Of a DNA stretch of 64,000 bases, positions 21,393-30,532 are shown in pieces. Both the position numbers and the translations under genes were made by a program. Source of the stretch: Alphaproteobacteria bacterium (GTDB taxonomy: Bacteria > Pseudomonadota > Alphaproteobacteria > CAAHEQ01 > UBA3637); the NCBI GenBank assembly GCA_015062395.1, contig SUUS01000001.1, forward strand, positions 65,429 through 129,428, given 5' to 3'. The stretch's first letter is position 1; each line of letters opens with the position of its first letter. Under the pieces are notes generated by a model. It searched no databases. It was given only the letters and a program-made list of their open reading frames with translations, and was not told where the DNA came from.

Positions 21393-21435
21393 AGTTAAAG
21401 ATATAAGTTAAAGTTAAAGTTAAAGTTTAACTTTA
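21393..21435. repeat. Tandem hexamer (GTTAAA)x3-4 plus short palindrome between convergent comF and ruvX
   Basis: agttaaag...gttaaagttaaagttaaagtttaacttt read directly. Confidence 0.6.
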
Positions 21436-21437
21436 TG

Positions 21438-21890
21438 TTATAACGCAGATAATAAATCCAAAGCACCCTGTAAAATATAAGCTGCAGCAACTTTATCTAA
21501 TACTTCTTTTTGTCGTTTTCTGGATAAGTCAGCTTCTTGAGTTAAAACATAAGATGCCACAGACGATGAAAAACGTTCATCCCAAAACAAAACTGGTTTT
21601 TGCGTTTTTTGAGATAAAATTTCAGCCCATTCTCTGGTTAATTTTGCTTGCGAACCTTCTAGTCCATTCATTTGTTTTGGTAAACCAACAATAAATCCTG
21701 AAATTTGCCTGTCTGATAACAAGATTTCTAATTCCTTCATCGAATGAACAATCCCTAATGGAGTTGCGCTCATCCACATTAAATCTGAAACAGCTACACC
21801 GATTCGTTTAATACCATAATCAATACCAACTAACTGCGTCATTGGTTTTAATTGTTTTTTAAAATCAACAGGTATTTCAAAAACAGACAT
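21438..21890 (-). CDS. ruvX: Holliday junction resolvase-like protein RuvX/YqgF
   Basis: LVGIDYGIKRIGVAVSD N-terminal RNase H-like motif; true start may be Met17 (21842). Confidence 0.85.
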   Translation of the reverse strand: MSVFEIPVDFKKQLKPMTQLVGIDYGIKRIGVAVSDLMWMSATPLGIVHSMKELEILLSDRQISGFIVGLPKQMNGLEGSQAKLTREWAEILSQKTQKPVLFWDERFSSSVASYVLTQEADLSRKRQKEVLDKVAAAYILQGALDLLSAL

Positions 21891-21893
21891 TTG

Positions 21894-22775
21894 TTATCTT
21901 TCATATCCTTGACAAGCAAGAAGCTGTCTCATCCACATTTTCTTTTGAGATAAAGTCGGAAGCACCCTCAATTCATGTAAAATATGACGTCTGGTTTTAT
22001 CGTCTTTTTTAGAATGCCGTTGATGAGAAACTAAAAAACGCTGTAATTTTTCAGGATTATTTGTTCGCATTAATAAACGATTTTGATCTAAATAATCGCA
22101 ATAAGAAATACTACCATCGGTATTGAAATAGGTTTTAATAGAAACATCTTTTAAATTTTTTGGCTTAAAAACAGAATAAATTAAACGACCGTTTTGGTAT
22201 CCCTTTACTTGTTGAAAGGATACTTCTTTAAACCTTAAAGGCAAGTTTCTTGTTGAGGTTTCTTCAAGTACATTTCCTTGTTCATCATAACGAACAGCAT
22301 CGAAGTTTCCTTTACTTCTTTGCTTTTTTTCTTTTTCAAGAATGCGACCATTTACATTAAAAAAGTATGTCAAAATATAATCATCATGAAAAAAACGTTC
22401 TGATAAAATATAATTCTTGTGTTTATCTCTGTCACACAGTTGTTCTACTTCATAGATTTTCTTTCCTAATTGGTCATAAAAAACATCTAGCTGGACAAGA
22501 TTTTTATTTTGATCAACCCTTCTATAAGACCACAATCCAATTTTAGTGCATCTTTGTCCATCTGAATACTTACCTTCTTCTGCGATGTATTTTCCATCGT
22601 TTGTATAGCGTACGTACTTTACTTCTCCATTTGCTAGAGTTTCAAACGTTTTATACCTTATTTTTCGACCAACAGGAAAAATCCCCCAGCATGGCTGTAA
22701 ATAATAGGTAGTTAAATTGCCATTTTTCTCCACAAGTTTTCTTTTCATAGTATCTCCAAAATTCTCTGCTATCAT
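21894..22775 (-). CDS. MORN/YwqK-like repeat protein
   Basis: Repeated G-x-Y/W-x-x-Y-x-x-G units (YSDGQRCTKIGLWSYRR, YDEQGNVLEE, YQNGRLIYS). Confidence 0.4.
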   Translation of the reverse strand: MIAENFGDTMKRKLVEKNGNLTTYYLQPCWGIFPVGRKIRYKTFETLANGEVKYVRYTNDGKYIAEEGKYSDGQRCTKIGLWSYRRVDQNKNLVQLDVFYDQLGKKIYEVEQLCDRDKHKNYILSERFFHDDYILTYFFNVNGRILEKEKKQRSKGNFDAVRYDEQGNVLEETSTRNLPLRFKEVSFQQVKGYQNGRLIYSVFKPKNLKDVSIKTYFNTDGSISYCDYLDQNRLLMRTNNPEKLQRFLVSHQRHSKKDDKTRRHILHELRVLPTLSQKKMWMRQLLACQGYER

Positions 22776-22877
22776 ACAGGAATTATTTTTTTTGTCAAGT
22801 ATTTATTCAATAAAAAGCTTGTAATTATATTTTTTTTAAATTACTATAAAACAAATCATCAAATATAAGGATTTAAA

Positions 22878-23318
22878 ATGTTAAATAAAAATATCATTAT
22901 TGCCTCTGATCACGCTGGTTTTTTACTAAAAAATCAACTGGTTGCTTATTTAAAAGAAAATGCTTATAAAGTCTTGGATTTAGGAACAAACGACTCTCAA
23001 AACAGCGTTGACTATCCAGTGAAGGCTCAAGAGTTGGCTCATGAACTGGAAAAAAGCACAGAAAACATTGGGATTTTGGTTTGTGGTTCTGGAATTGGTA
23101 TGTGCATAGCAATTAACCGTTTTCCTTTTGCCAGAGGTGCTTTAGTATATGAGGTAGAAGCTGCTAAATTAGCAAGACAACACAATAATGCAAATGTTTT
23201 ATGTTTAGGTGGCAGAATGACAGATTTTGAAACAGCTAAACAATTAGTTGACACTTTTTTAACGACCCCTTTTGAAGGTGGTCGCCACGAACGTAGAGTT
23301 TCACAATTAGGAGGTTAA
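22878..23318 (+). CDS. rpiB: Ribose-5-phosphate isomerase B
   Basis: [21 protein letters not shown] motifs. Confidence 0.9.
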   Translation: MLNKNIIIASDHAGFLLKNQLVAYLKENAYKVLDLGTNDSQNSVDYPVKAQELAHELEKSTENIGILVCGSGIGMCIAINRFPFARGALVYEVEAAKLARQHNNANVLCLGGRMTDFETAKQLVDTFLTTPFEGGRHERRVSQLGG

Positions 23319-23319
23319 A

Positions 23320-24621
23320 ATGACTTGCAACTGCACACATCACTGCGATACAAAAGATTTCTTTTATGAAACACTAAAGGAAAGGGATCCACAAATAGCG
23401 CGTTTAATTCAAAAAGAACTTTGGCGTCAACAAGATCACATAGAACTCATTGCTTCTGAAAATATTGTTTCGGAAGCTGTTTTACAAGCTCAAGGTTCAA
23501 TTTTAACAAATAAATATGCTGAAGGATATTCTGCACATCGTTATTATCATGGTTGCGAATTTATCGATGAAATAGAAACTTTAGCAATAGAACGAGCAAA
23601 AAAATTATTTAACTGTGAATTTGCAAATGTTCAACCCAATTCGGGTTCTCAAGCAAATCAGGCTGTTTATTTAGCTTTACTGCAACCAGGCGACACTTTA
23701 ATGGGAATGAGTTTAGATGCAGGTGGTCATTTAACTCATGGTGCAAGAGTTTCAAGTTCTGGTAAATTTTATAATGCAGTTCAATATGGTGTCAATGAAA
23801 AAGGGTTAATTGACTATGATGAAGTTGAAAAATTAGCTATCGAAAACAAACCCAAATTAATTATTGCAGGAGGTTCTGCGTACGCAAGGATTATTGATTT
23901 TAAACGTTTCAGAACTATTGCAGATAAAGTTGGTGCAAAATTAATGGTTGATATGGCTCATTTTGCTGGATTGGTTGCAGGTAATCAATACCCTTCCCCA
24001 TTGCCTTATGCTGATGTTGTGACAACGACGACCCATAAAACATTAAGAGGACCTAGAGGGGGGATGATTTTAACAAACGATGCAGATATTGCAAAAAAAA
24101 TTAATTCTGCTGTATTTCCAGGTTTACAAGGTGGTCCATTAGAACACGTTATCGCGGGAAAAGCTGTTGCTTTTGGAGAAGCTCTAAAACCAGATTTTGC
24201 AGAATATGCAGAGCAAATTATCCAAAATGCAAAAAGTTTAGAAAAAACACTCGCAGAACGTGAAATTGATATGGTCACAGGTGGGACTGATACGCATTTA
24301 ATTTTAATTGATTTGCGTTCCAAAGGTTTAAAAGGAAATGAAGTTTGCGATTCCTTAGCAAGAGCGCACATCGTTTGCAATAAAAATGCTGTACCTAACG
24401 ACCCACAAAAACCAAGCATAACATCAGGATTAAGAATTGGCACACCTGCTGGAACAACACGTGGTTTTGGAATTTATGAATTTGAGGATATTGCCGAAAT
24501 GATAGCAGACATTATTGATGGAATGAAATTGTCTCCTGAAGATAATTCTGTTATGGAAGCAATCGTTCGACAAAAAGCTTCAGAATTATGCTCTACTTTT
24601 CCAATTTATCCAAATAAATAG
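23320..24621 (+). CDS. glyA: Serine hydroxymethyltransferase
   Basis: [14 protein letters not shown]-Lys region [14 protein letters not shown]. Confidence 0.95.
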   Translation: MTCNCTHHCDTKDFFYETLKERDPQIARLIQKELWRQQDHIELIASENIVSEAVLQAQGSILTNKYAEGYSAHRYYHGCEFIDEIETLAIERAKKLFNCEFANVQPNSGSQANQAVYLALLQPGDTLMGMSLDAGGHLTHGARVSSSGKFYNAVQYGVNEKGLIDYDEVEKLAIENKPKLIIAGGSAYARIIDFKRFRTIADKVGAKLMVDMAHFAGLVAGNQYPSPLPYADVVTTTTHKTLRGPRGGMILTNDADIAKKINSAVFPGLQGGPLEHVIAGKAVAFGEALKPDFAEYAEQIIQNAKSLEKTLAEREIDMVTGGTDTHLILIDLRSKGLKGNEVCDSLARAHIVCNKNAVPNDPQKPSITSGLRIGTPAGTTRGFGIYEFEDIAEMIADIIDGMKLSPEDNSVMEAIVRQKASELCSTFPIYPNK

Positions 24622-24629
24622 GAGTATTC

Positions 24630-25088
24630 ATGCGTTGCCCTTTTTGTCACAGTGAAGATAGTCAAGTAAAAGACAGCCGAACAGCTGAAGATGGTTCAGC
24701 AATTCGAAGAAGACGTGTCTGTACAGTATGTAATGCCAGATTTACAACTTTTGAACGCGTTCAATTAAGAGAGTTAACAGTTGTCAAAAAAAACAACTTT
24801 AAAGTTCCTTTTGATCGGGATAAGCTTTCTAAATCTTTGCATATTGCGACCAGAAAGCGCCCAGTTGAAATGAAACAAGTTGAAAATTTAGTAAATCAAA
24901 TACAACGTCAGTTGGAAGAACTTGGTGAAACAGAAATAACATCAACTCAAATCGGTACGCTTGCTATGTCTGGACTTTTAAAACTTGACAAAGTTGCTTA
25001 TATTCGGTATGCTTCTGTTTATCGAAATTTTAGCGAAACAAAAGATTTTGAAGAATTTATTAGACCTTTATTAGAAGAAGAAAATTAA
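24630..25088 (+). CDS. nrdR: Transcriptional repressor NrdR
   Basis: [17 protein letters not shown] zinc ribbon + ATP-cone. Confidence 0.95.
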   Translation: MRCPFCHSEDSQVKDSRTAEDGSAIRRRRVCTVCNARFTTFERVQLRELTVVKKNNFKVPFDRDKLSKSLHIATRKRPVEMKQVENLVNQIQRQLEELGETEITSTQIGTLAMSGLLKLDKVAYIRYASVYRNFSETKDFEEFIRPLLEEEN

Positions 25089-25089
25089 A

Positions 25090-25575
25090 ATGACACAAAT
25101 ATCAAAAACACAAAAATTTACAAATGCTCGATTAAACGCAATTCAAGCGCTATACGCCTCTGAATTTTCCGATAAACCAATAGCAAAAATTATTTTTCAA
25201 TTTTTAAATGGAGAAATTGGAAAAAATATTCTTTATGAAAATGAAAAAGGGAAGGAAGAGTTCCTTCCTTTGACTGATATGGATAATGAATTGTTTGCAC
25301 AAATTGTCCAAGAAGCTACATCAAGAAAAGAGGATTTGGATAAGATAATTTTAGAAGCTGTTTCTACAGGCTGGAAAAATGACAGATTAGAAGTTTTACT
25401 ACAATCCATTTTACGAGCAGGATTGGCTGAATTTTTCGTAAATACGAATTTAGATGCACCGATTATTATTAATGAATATACAGATATTACACGCTCTTTT
25501 TATGAGGGAGCCGAAATTAATTTAGTAAATGCGATTTTAAATAAATTCGCTAATATAATTAAAGGGAAAGAATAA
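25090..25575 (+). CDS. nusB: Transcription antitermination factor NusB
   Basis: ARLNAIQALYASEF N-terminal NusB signature; directly follows nrdR. Confidence 0.85.
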   Translation: MTQISKTQKFTNARLNAIQALYASEFSDKPIAKIIFQFLNGEIGKNILYENEKGKEEFLPLTDMDNELFAQIVQEATSRKEDLDKIILEAVSTGWKNDRLEVLLQSILRAGLAEFFVNTNLDAPIIINEYTDITRSFYEGAEINLVNAILNKFANIIKGKE

Positions 25576-25596
25576 CACTTTCTACAAATAGGTTGA

Positions 25597-25634
25597 AAAA
25601 TATGTTTCTATTTTGGTAGGAACATATTTTTTTG
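25597..25634 (+). terminator. Rho-independent terminator after nusB
   Basis: Perfect 10-bp inverted repeat aaaatatgtt / aacatatttt with 14-nt loop, followed by T-run. Confidence 0.6.
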
Positions 25635-25842
25635 TGCTTTATCAAAATATACATCAGTTTTGCTTTAAATTAAATTCATTATTAAATTAAAATATCTAAA
25701 AAAGTACTTGCAAAGGGAAAAAAAACGTGCTAATAATTCCTTGTTTTAAAAGAATTCATGTTCCGAAAGTTTTAGGAATTTTATTTCATACATTTCGGAA
25801 ATGTTTTTTTGTTTGTTTAATTTAAAGAAAGGATAATTATCC

Positions 25843-28500
25843 ATGACAAAATGGGTTTATACGTTTGGTGACGGCATTGCTGAAGGCCGTGCTGATATGA
25901 AAAACCTGTTGGGCGGTAAAGGTGCTAACTTGGCAGAAATGTCAAGTATTGGTGTTCCAGTTCCTCCAGGTTTCACAATTACAACAGAAGTTTGTACATA
26001 CTTTTATGATAACAACAAAACTTATCCAACAGAATTAAAAGATCAAGTTAATGCTGCTTTGGCTGGTATTGAAGCTAAAATGGGCAAAAAATTTGGAGAT
26101 GCTGAAAATCCTTTGTTGTTCTCTGTTCGTTCAGGCGCTCGTGTTTCAATGCCTGGTATGATGGACACAGTTTTAAACTTGGGTTTAAATGATGAAACAG
26201 TTAAAGGTTTAGCTAAAGTTTCTGGTAATGAAAAATTTGCTTACGACTCTTACCGTCGTTTCATCCAAATGTATGGTGATGTTGTTATGGGCGTTCATTC
26301 CGACAATTTCGAACATGTTTTGGATAAAGTTCGTGAAGAAAACGGATATAAATTTGACAACCAAATGACAGTTGAACAATTAAAAGATGTAATTGCTCAG
26401 TTCAAAAAAATCTGTGATGACGCAGGTAAGCCATTGCCACAAGACCCTCAAACTCAATTATGGGGTGCTATTGGGGCTGTTTTTGGTTCTTGGATGATCG
26501 ATCGCGCTATCACATATCGTAAATTAAACAACATTCCAGGAAACTGGGGTACAGCTGTTAACGTTCAAACGATGGTTTTCGGTAACAGTGGCGACAATTC
26601 AGCTACAGGTGTTTGCTTCTCTCGCGACCCAGCAACTGGTGAAAATTATTTCTATGGTGAATACTTGAAGAACGCTCAAGGTGAAGACGTTGTTGCAGGT
26701 ATTCGTACACCACAACCAATGACAAAATTGGTTAAAGAACGTTCTGGTACAGATATGCCTTGCATGGAAGAAGAATTCCCAGAATTGTTCAAAGAATTAT
26801 CTGATATTCGTGCAAAATTAGAAGCTCATTACAAAGACATGCAAGATATGGAATTTACTATTCAAGATGGTAAATTGTGGATGTTGCAAACACGTAATGG
26901 TAAACGCACAGGTACAGCTGCTTTACGCATTGCTGTTGAAATGGTTAAAGAAGGTTTAATCGACAAGAAAACAGCTATTATGCGTGTTGAAGCTGGTCAA
27001 GTTGATCAATTATTACATCCAATGTTTGATAAAGGGGCAAAGAAAAACGTTGTTGCTCGTGGTTTGCCTGCATCTCCAGGTGCTGCTGTTGGTCAAATCG
27101 TTTTCTCTGCTGCCGATGCAGAAACATGGGCTGAACAAGGTAAAAAAGTTGTTTTGGTTCGTATTGAAACATCTCCAGAAGATATTTCTGGTATGCACGT
27201 TGCTCAAGGTATCTTGACAGCTCGTGGTGGCATGACATCTCACGCAGCCGTTGTTGCTCGTGGTATGGGTAAACCATGTGTTTCTGGAGTTCCAGAATTG
27301 CGCATCGACTATGCTGGCAAATTCTTGAAAATCGGTGACTTGATTATGAAAGAAGGCGACATGATTTCCATCGATGGTTCTACTGGTGAAGTTATGGAAG
27401 GCGCTTTGAATTTAGTTTTACCAGAAATGACAGGAAATTTCGGTGAATTTATGGGATGGGTTGATGAAATTCGTAAATTGCGCGTTCGTGCAAATGCTGA
27501 AACTCCAAAAGATGCTCAAACAGCTCGTCAATTTGGTGCTGAAGGTATTGGTTTGTGCCGTACAGAACATATGTTCTTTGACCCAAGCCGTATTAACCAC
27601 ATGCGTGAAATGATTTTGGCAAAAACAGAAGCAGACCGTCGTGTTGCTTTAGATAAATTGTTGCCATATCAACGCAATGACTTTGTTGAATTATTCAAAA
27701 TTATGGAAGGTTTACCTGTCACAATTCGCTTGTTAGACCCACCTTTGCATGAATTCTTGCCTCATAAGCATGAAGAACAAGTAGAAATTGCTCAAGAATT
27801 GGGTGTATCTGTTGAAGAAATTCAAGCACGTACAGCTCAATTACACGAAGCAAACCCAATGTTAGGTTTACGTGGTTGCCGTTTAGCTGTTGTATTCCCA
27901 GAAATTTGTGAAATGCAAACACGCGCAATCATTGAAGCTGCTTTAGAAGTTTCTGCACAAGGCATGAAAGTAATTCCTGAAATCGAAGTTCCTTTGATTT
28001 CTTCAAAGAAAGAATTGGAAATCTGCAAAAAGATTATCGACGATACTGCTGAAAAAGTTTTTGCTGAAAAAGGCGCTAAAGTTGAATACTTCGTTGGTAC
28101 AATGATTGAATTGCCTCGTGCAGCTTTATTGGCTGATGAAATCGCTGAAATCGCAGACTTCTTCGAATTTGGTACAAACGACTTAACTCAAACAACTTTG
28201 GGTATGAGCCGTGACGATGCTGGTGCATTCTTACCAAAATATGTAGAAAAAACAATTTACGAACGCGATCCTTTCCAATCTTTGGATACAACTGGTGTTG
28301 GTAAATTAGTTGCAATGGCTTGCCAAGATGGACGCAGCACAAATAAAGAATTATATTTGAGTATTTGTGGCGAACATGGTGGTGACCCAGCTTCTATCAT
28401 GTATTTGAATAAGTATTTAGACGGTGTTTCTTGTTCTCCATATCGTGTTCCTATTGCACGTTTGGCAGCAGCTCAAGCAGCCGTTAAAGATGAACAATAA
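25843..28500 (+). CDS. ppdK: Pyruvate, phosphate dikinase
   Basis: 885 aa; phospho-His region GGMTSHAAVVARGMGKPCV, PEP-utilising enzyme TIM-barrel motifs. Confidence 0.95.
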   Translation: MTKWVYTFGDGIAEGRADMKNLLGGKGANLAEMSSIGVPVPPGFTITTEVCTYFYDNNKTYPTELKDQVNAALAGIEAKMGKKFGDAENPLLFSVRSGARVSMPGMMDTVLNLGLNDETVKGLAKVSGNEKFAYDSYRRFIQMYGDVVMGVHSDNFEHVLDKVREENGYKFDNQMTVEQLKDVIAQFKKICDDAGKPLPQDPQTQLWGAIGAVFGSWMIDRAITYRKLNNIPGNWGTAVNVQTMVFGNSGDNSATGVCFSRDPATGENYFYGEYLKNAQGEDVVAGIRTPQPMTKLVKERSGTDMPCMEEEFPELFKELSDIRAKLEAHYKDMQDMEFTIQDGKLWMLQTRNGKRTGTAALRIAVEMVKEGLIDKKTAIMRVEAGQVDQLLHPMFDKGAKKNVVARGLPASPGAAVGQIVFSAADAETWAEQGKKVVLVRIETSPEDISGMHVAQGILTARGGMTSHAAVVARGMGKPCVSGVPELRIDYAGKFLKIGDLIMKEGDMISIDGSTGEVMEGALNLVLPEMTGNFGEFMGWVDEIRKLRVRANAETPKDAQTARQFGAEGIGLCRTEHMFFDPSRINHMREMILAKTEADRRVALDKLLPYQRNDFVELFKIMEGLPVTIRLLDPPLHEFLPHKHEEQVEIAQELGVSVEEIQARTAQLHEANPMLGLRGCRLAVVFPEICEMQTRAIIEAALEVSAQGMKVIPEIEVPLISSKKELEICKKIIDDTAEKVFAEKGAKVEYFVGTMIELPRAALLADEIAEIADFFEFGTNDLTQTTLGMSRDDAGAFLPKYVEKTIYERDPFQSLDTTGVGKLVAMACQDGRSTNKELYLSICGEHGGDPASIMYLNKYLDGVSCSPYRVPIARLAAAQAAVKDEQ

Positions 28501-28516
28501 TAAATTTGTTTAGCTG

Positions 28517-28550
28517 AAAATATCCCGATCCACGATCGGGATATTTTTTT
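28517..28550 (+). terminator. Rho-independent terminator after ppdK
   Basis: Perfect 13-bp stem aaatatcccgatc-cac-gatcgggatattt then T-run. Confidence 0.85.
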
Positions 28551-28574
28551 ATGAAGAAAAAAAAATAAAAACGC

Positions 28575-28603
28575 TTGACAAATTTTATTTTTTATTATAG
28601 TAT
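28575..28603 (+). promoter_or_regulatory. Putative sigma70 promoter for small ORF 28643..28924
   Basis: TTGACA (28575-28580) - 17 nt - TAGTAT. Confidence 0.4.
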
Positions 28604-28642
28604 AAAGTTTTTTAAGATAACTCGATGAAAGGAAACTGAAAA

Positions 28643-28924
28643 ATGGCTATTGCAGATGCAATCGAAACAAAAGGTGTTTTATGGGTAGTACATGAAGATG
28701 GATACATTACCCGTAAAACAGGTAATTATACAGAAGAAAAAGCTCCAGAATTGTTTTCGTATCCTAAAAGACCAGAGATAAAGCCCGAAGAAATGATAGC
28801 CCATACTTTAAATGGTGAGGTTGTTTGCCGAGATACTGAAGATGGAAAATTGCCATCTGGTTATCTGCGTGCGAAGATATTGAACAACAAAACGCTTTAT
28901 ATGCTGCTCAATGGAATAAATTAA
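28643..28924 (+). CDS. Hypothetical small protein (93 aa), monocistronic
   Basis: ORF with own promoter-like sequence upstream and hairpin terminator downstream (29025-29052). Confidence 0.45.
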   Translation: MAIADAIETKGVLWVVHEDGYITRKTGNYTEEKAPELFSYPKRPEIKPEEMIAHTLNGEVVCRDTEDGKLPSGYLRAKILNNKTLYMLLNGIN

Positions 28925-29024
28925 GAAAACAAAAACTGCGTAGAATAGTTTCTTCTTATAGAAGACAACAAATAAAAGAATTTATTTCTCGCGTTTTTAG
29001 AAAAGAAAACACTAGATAAAATTA

Positions 29025-29052
29025 AAAACTCTGCATTTAGCAGAGTTTTTTT
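29025..29052 (+). terminator. Rho-independent terminator
   Basis: ctctgc-attta-gcagag followed by T7. Confidence 0.6.
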
Positions 29053-29077
29053 ATAATTAATCAGAATAGATTATAAG

Positions 29078-29101
29078 GAAAAAGCCCTCTTTCGAGGGCT
29101 T
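29078..29101 (-). terminator. Rho-independent terminator downstream of DUF465 gene (minus strand)
   Basis: aagccctc-tttc-gagggctt hairpin; A5 upstream on + strand gives U-run on minus transcript. Confidence 0.6.
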
Positions 29102-29106
29102 TAAAA

Positions 29107-29280
29107 TTATTTTTCTAAAGCTGTAATTTCTTCTTTCAATTTAAGCTTTTGTTTTTTCCATTCTTGAATAGATATTTCATTTGGTGCAGGACGAGCCATT
29201 TCTTCTTCAATCATAACATCCAAAGCATGATGTTTTTCTTTTAATGCTTGTAAGTGTTTATCTTGTTTTTCTGTATTCAT
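29107..29280 (-). CDS. DUF465 (YdcH-like) small coiled-coil protein, 57 aa; not in ORF track (<60 aa)
   Basis: Reverse-complement translation MNTEKQDKHLQALKEKHHALDVMIEEEMARPAPNEISIQEWKKQKLKLKEEITALEK with AAGGAG RBS; matches DUF465 pattern (KHxxLDxxIxxE...RPxxD/NxxxIxxLKKxKLxLKEEI). Confidence 0.6.
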   Translation of the reverse strand: MNTEKQDKHLQALKEKHHALDVMIEEEMARPAPNEISIQEWKKQKLKLKEEITALEK

Positions 29281-29354
29281 TTTGTACTCCTTTATCTTTT
29301 AAACCATAATATAGTATAGATAAGCATTTTTAAAAATGCAATACCTTTTTAAAT

Positions 29355-30449
29355 TTATTCACCGACATACATACCTAAACCACGAGCGACACGAACCATC
29401 TCGCCATTAGGATCAACAGGTGTATTTGCGATTTTCAACACATTGTTTAATGCCATATCTGATACCTTTCCATCGCGACAGACAACGACTCGATTAGTTA
29501 ATCCTTGTTCCAATAAATTTACAGCATGAACACCAAAAGAAGACGCCAAAATTCTATCTTGCGCATCTGGAGAACCTCCTCGTTGAACATGACCTAAAAT
29601 AGTTGCACGAACATTGAATTTATCTGGTTCAGTTGCTAAACGTTCTGCAAAATAAGCTGAAACACCAGCAAAAGTTCTGCCATTTGAAGAATATACAAGT
29701 TTTCCTTCTGGATTCTTAATCCCTTCGGCAACAACCATCAAAGCATGTCTTCGTCCAGCTTTGCGTAATGCACGCAATTTTTCTACAACACCTTCATATG
29801 TATAGGGAACTTCTGGTATCAAACAAATATCTGCCATTCCTGCGATTGCGCCTTCCAAAGCTAAATGACCTGCTCCACGTCCCATAACTTCCAAAATCAT
29901 AATACGTTCGTGAGAATGGGCTGTTGTATCTACTTCATCTAACGCCTTCATTACAATATCACGCGCTGTTGAAAAACCAATAGCTTCTTCTGTTGCTGGA
30001 GCGTCATTATCAATCGTTTTAGGAATACCAACCATTTTAACGCCTGCTTGCTTACAATAGTTGCTAACAATAGCCATACTGCCATCTCCACCAATAACAA
30101 CCAAAGCATCCAAGCCCAATTCCTTAACCCCATCATGGAAACGTTGAATAATTTGCTCATTAGTCAATTCTTCAATAGTTCCATCTGCACGACGCAAGAT
30201 GTTTGGATTTCCAGAATTATTTGTTCCCAACATTGTTCCTCCAATTTTGGCATAAGGAAAATTAAAATCTGCCATAGTCAATTTTCTATAACGCATTGGA
30301 CGAACAATTAAACCATCTGTTGCATTTTCGATTGCAAAAACTTCCCAACCTTTTGAAATTGCCGAAGATGTCACAGCCCAAATAGCCGTGTTTAAACCAG
30401 AACAATCGCCTCCACTTGTCAAGACGCCGATTCTTTTTATTGTTTCCAT
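29355..30449 (-). CDS. pfp: 6-phosphofructokinase family (likely PPi-dependent Pfp type)
   Basis: IGVLTSGGDCSGLNTAI, GGDGS, MGR motif (EVMGRGAGHLA). Confidence 0.85.
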   Translation of the reverse strand: METIKRIGVLTSGGDCSGLNTAIWAVTSSAISKGWEVFAIENATDGLIVRPMRYRKLTMADFNFPYAKIGGTMLGTNNSGNPNILRRADGTIEELTNEQIIQRFHDGVKELGLDALVVIGGDGSMAIVSNYCKQAGVKMVGIPKTIDNDAPATEEAIGFSTARDIVMKALDEVDTTAHSHERIMILEVMGRGAGHLALEGAIAGMADICLIPEVPYTYEGVVEKLRALRKAGRRHALMVVAEGIKNPEGKLVYSSNGRTFAGVSAYFAERLATEPDKFNVRATILGHVQRGGSPDAQDRILASSFGVHAVNLLEQGLTNRVVVCRDGKVSDMALNNVLKIANTPVDPNGEMVRVARGLGMYVGE

Positions 30450-30532
30450 AATATCCTCTCTTTTATTAAATTATTGAATAGCAATTTTATACCTGCTTTT
30501 TTATTTTTTTTCCAGTAAAATTTTATAATTTT

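Noticed and set aside
26978-28342. Antisense and alternative-frame ORFs within ppdK
   Set aside because: They are embedded in the conserved ppdK coding frame and have no independent signals.
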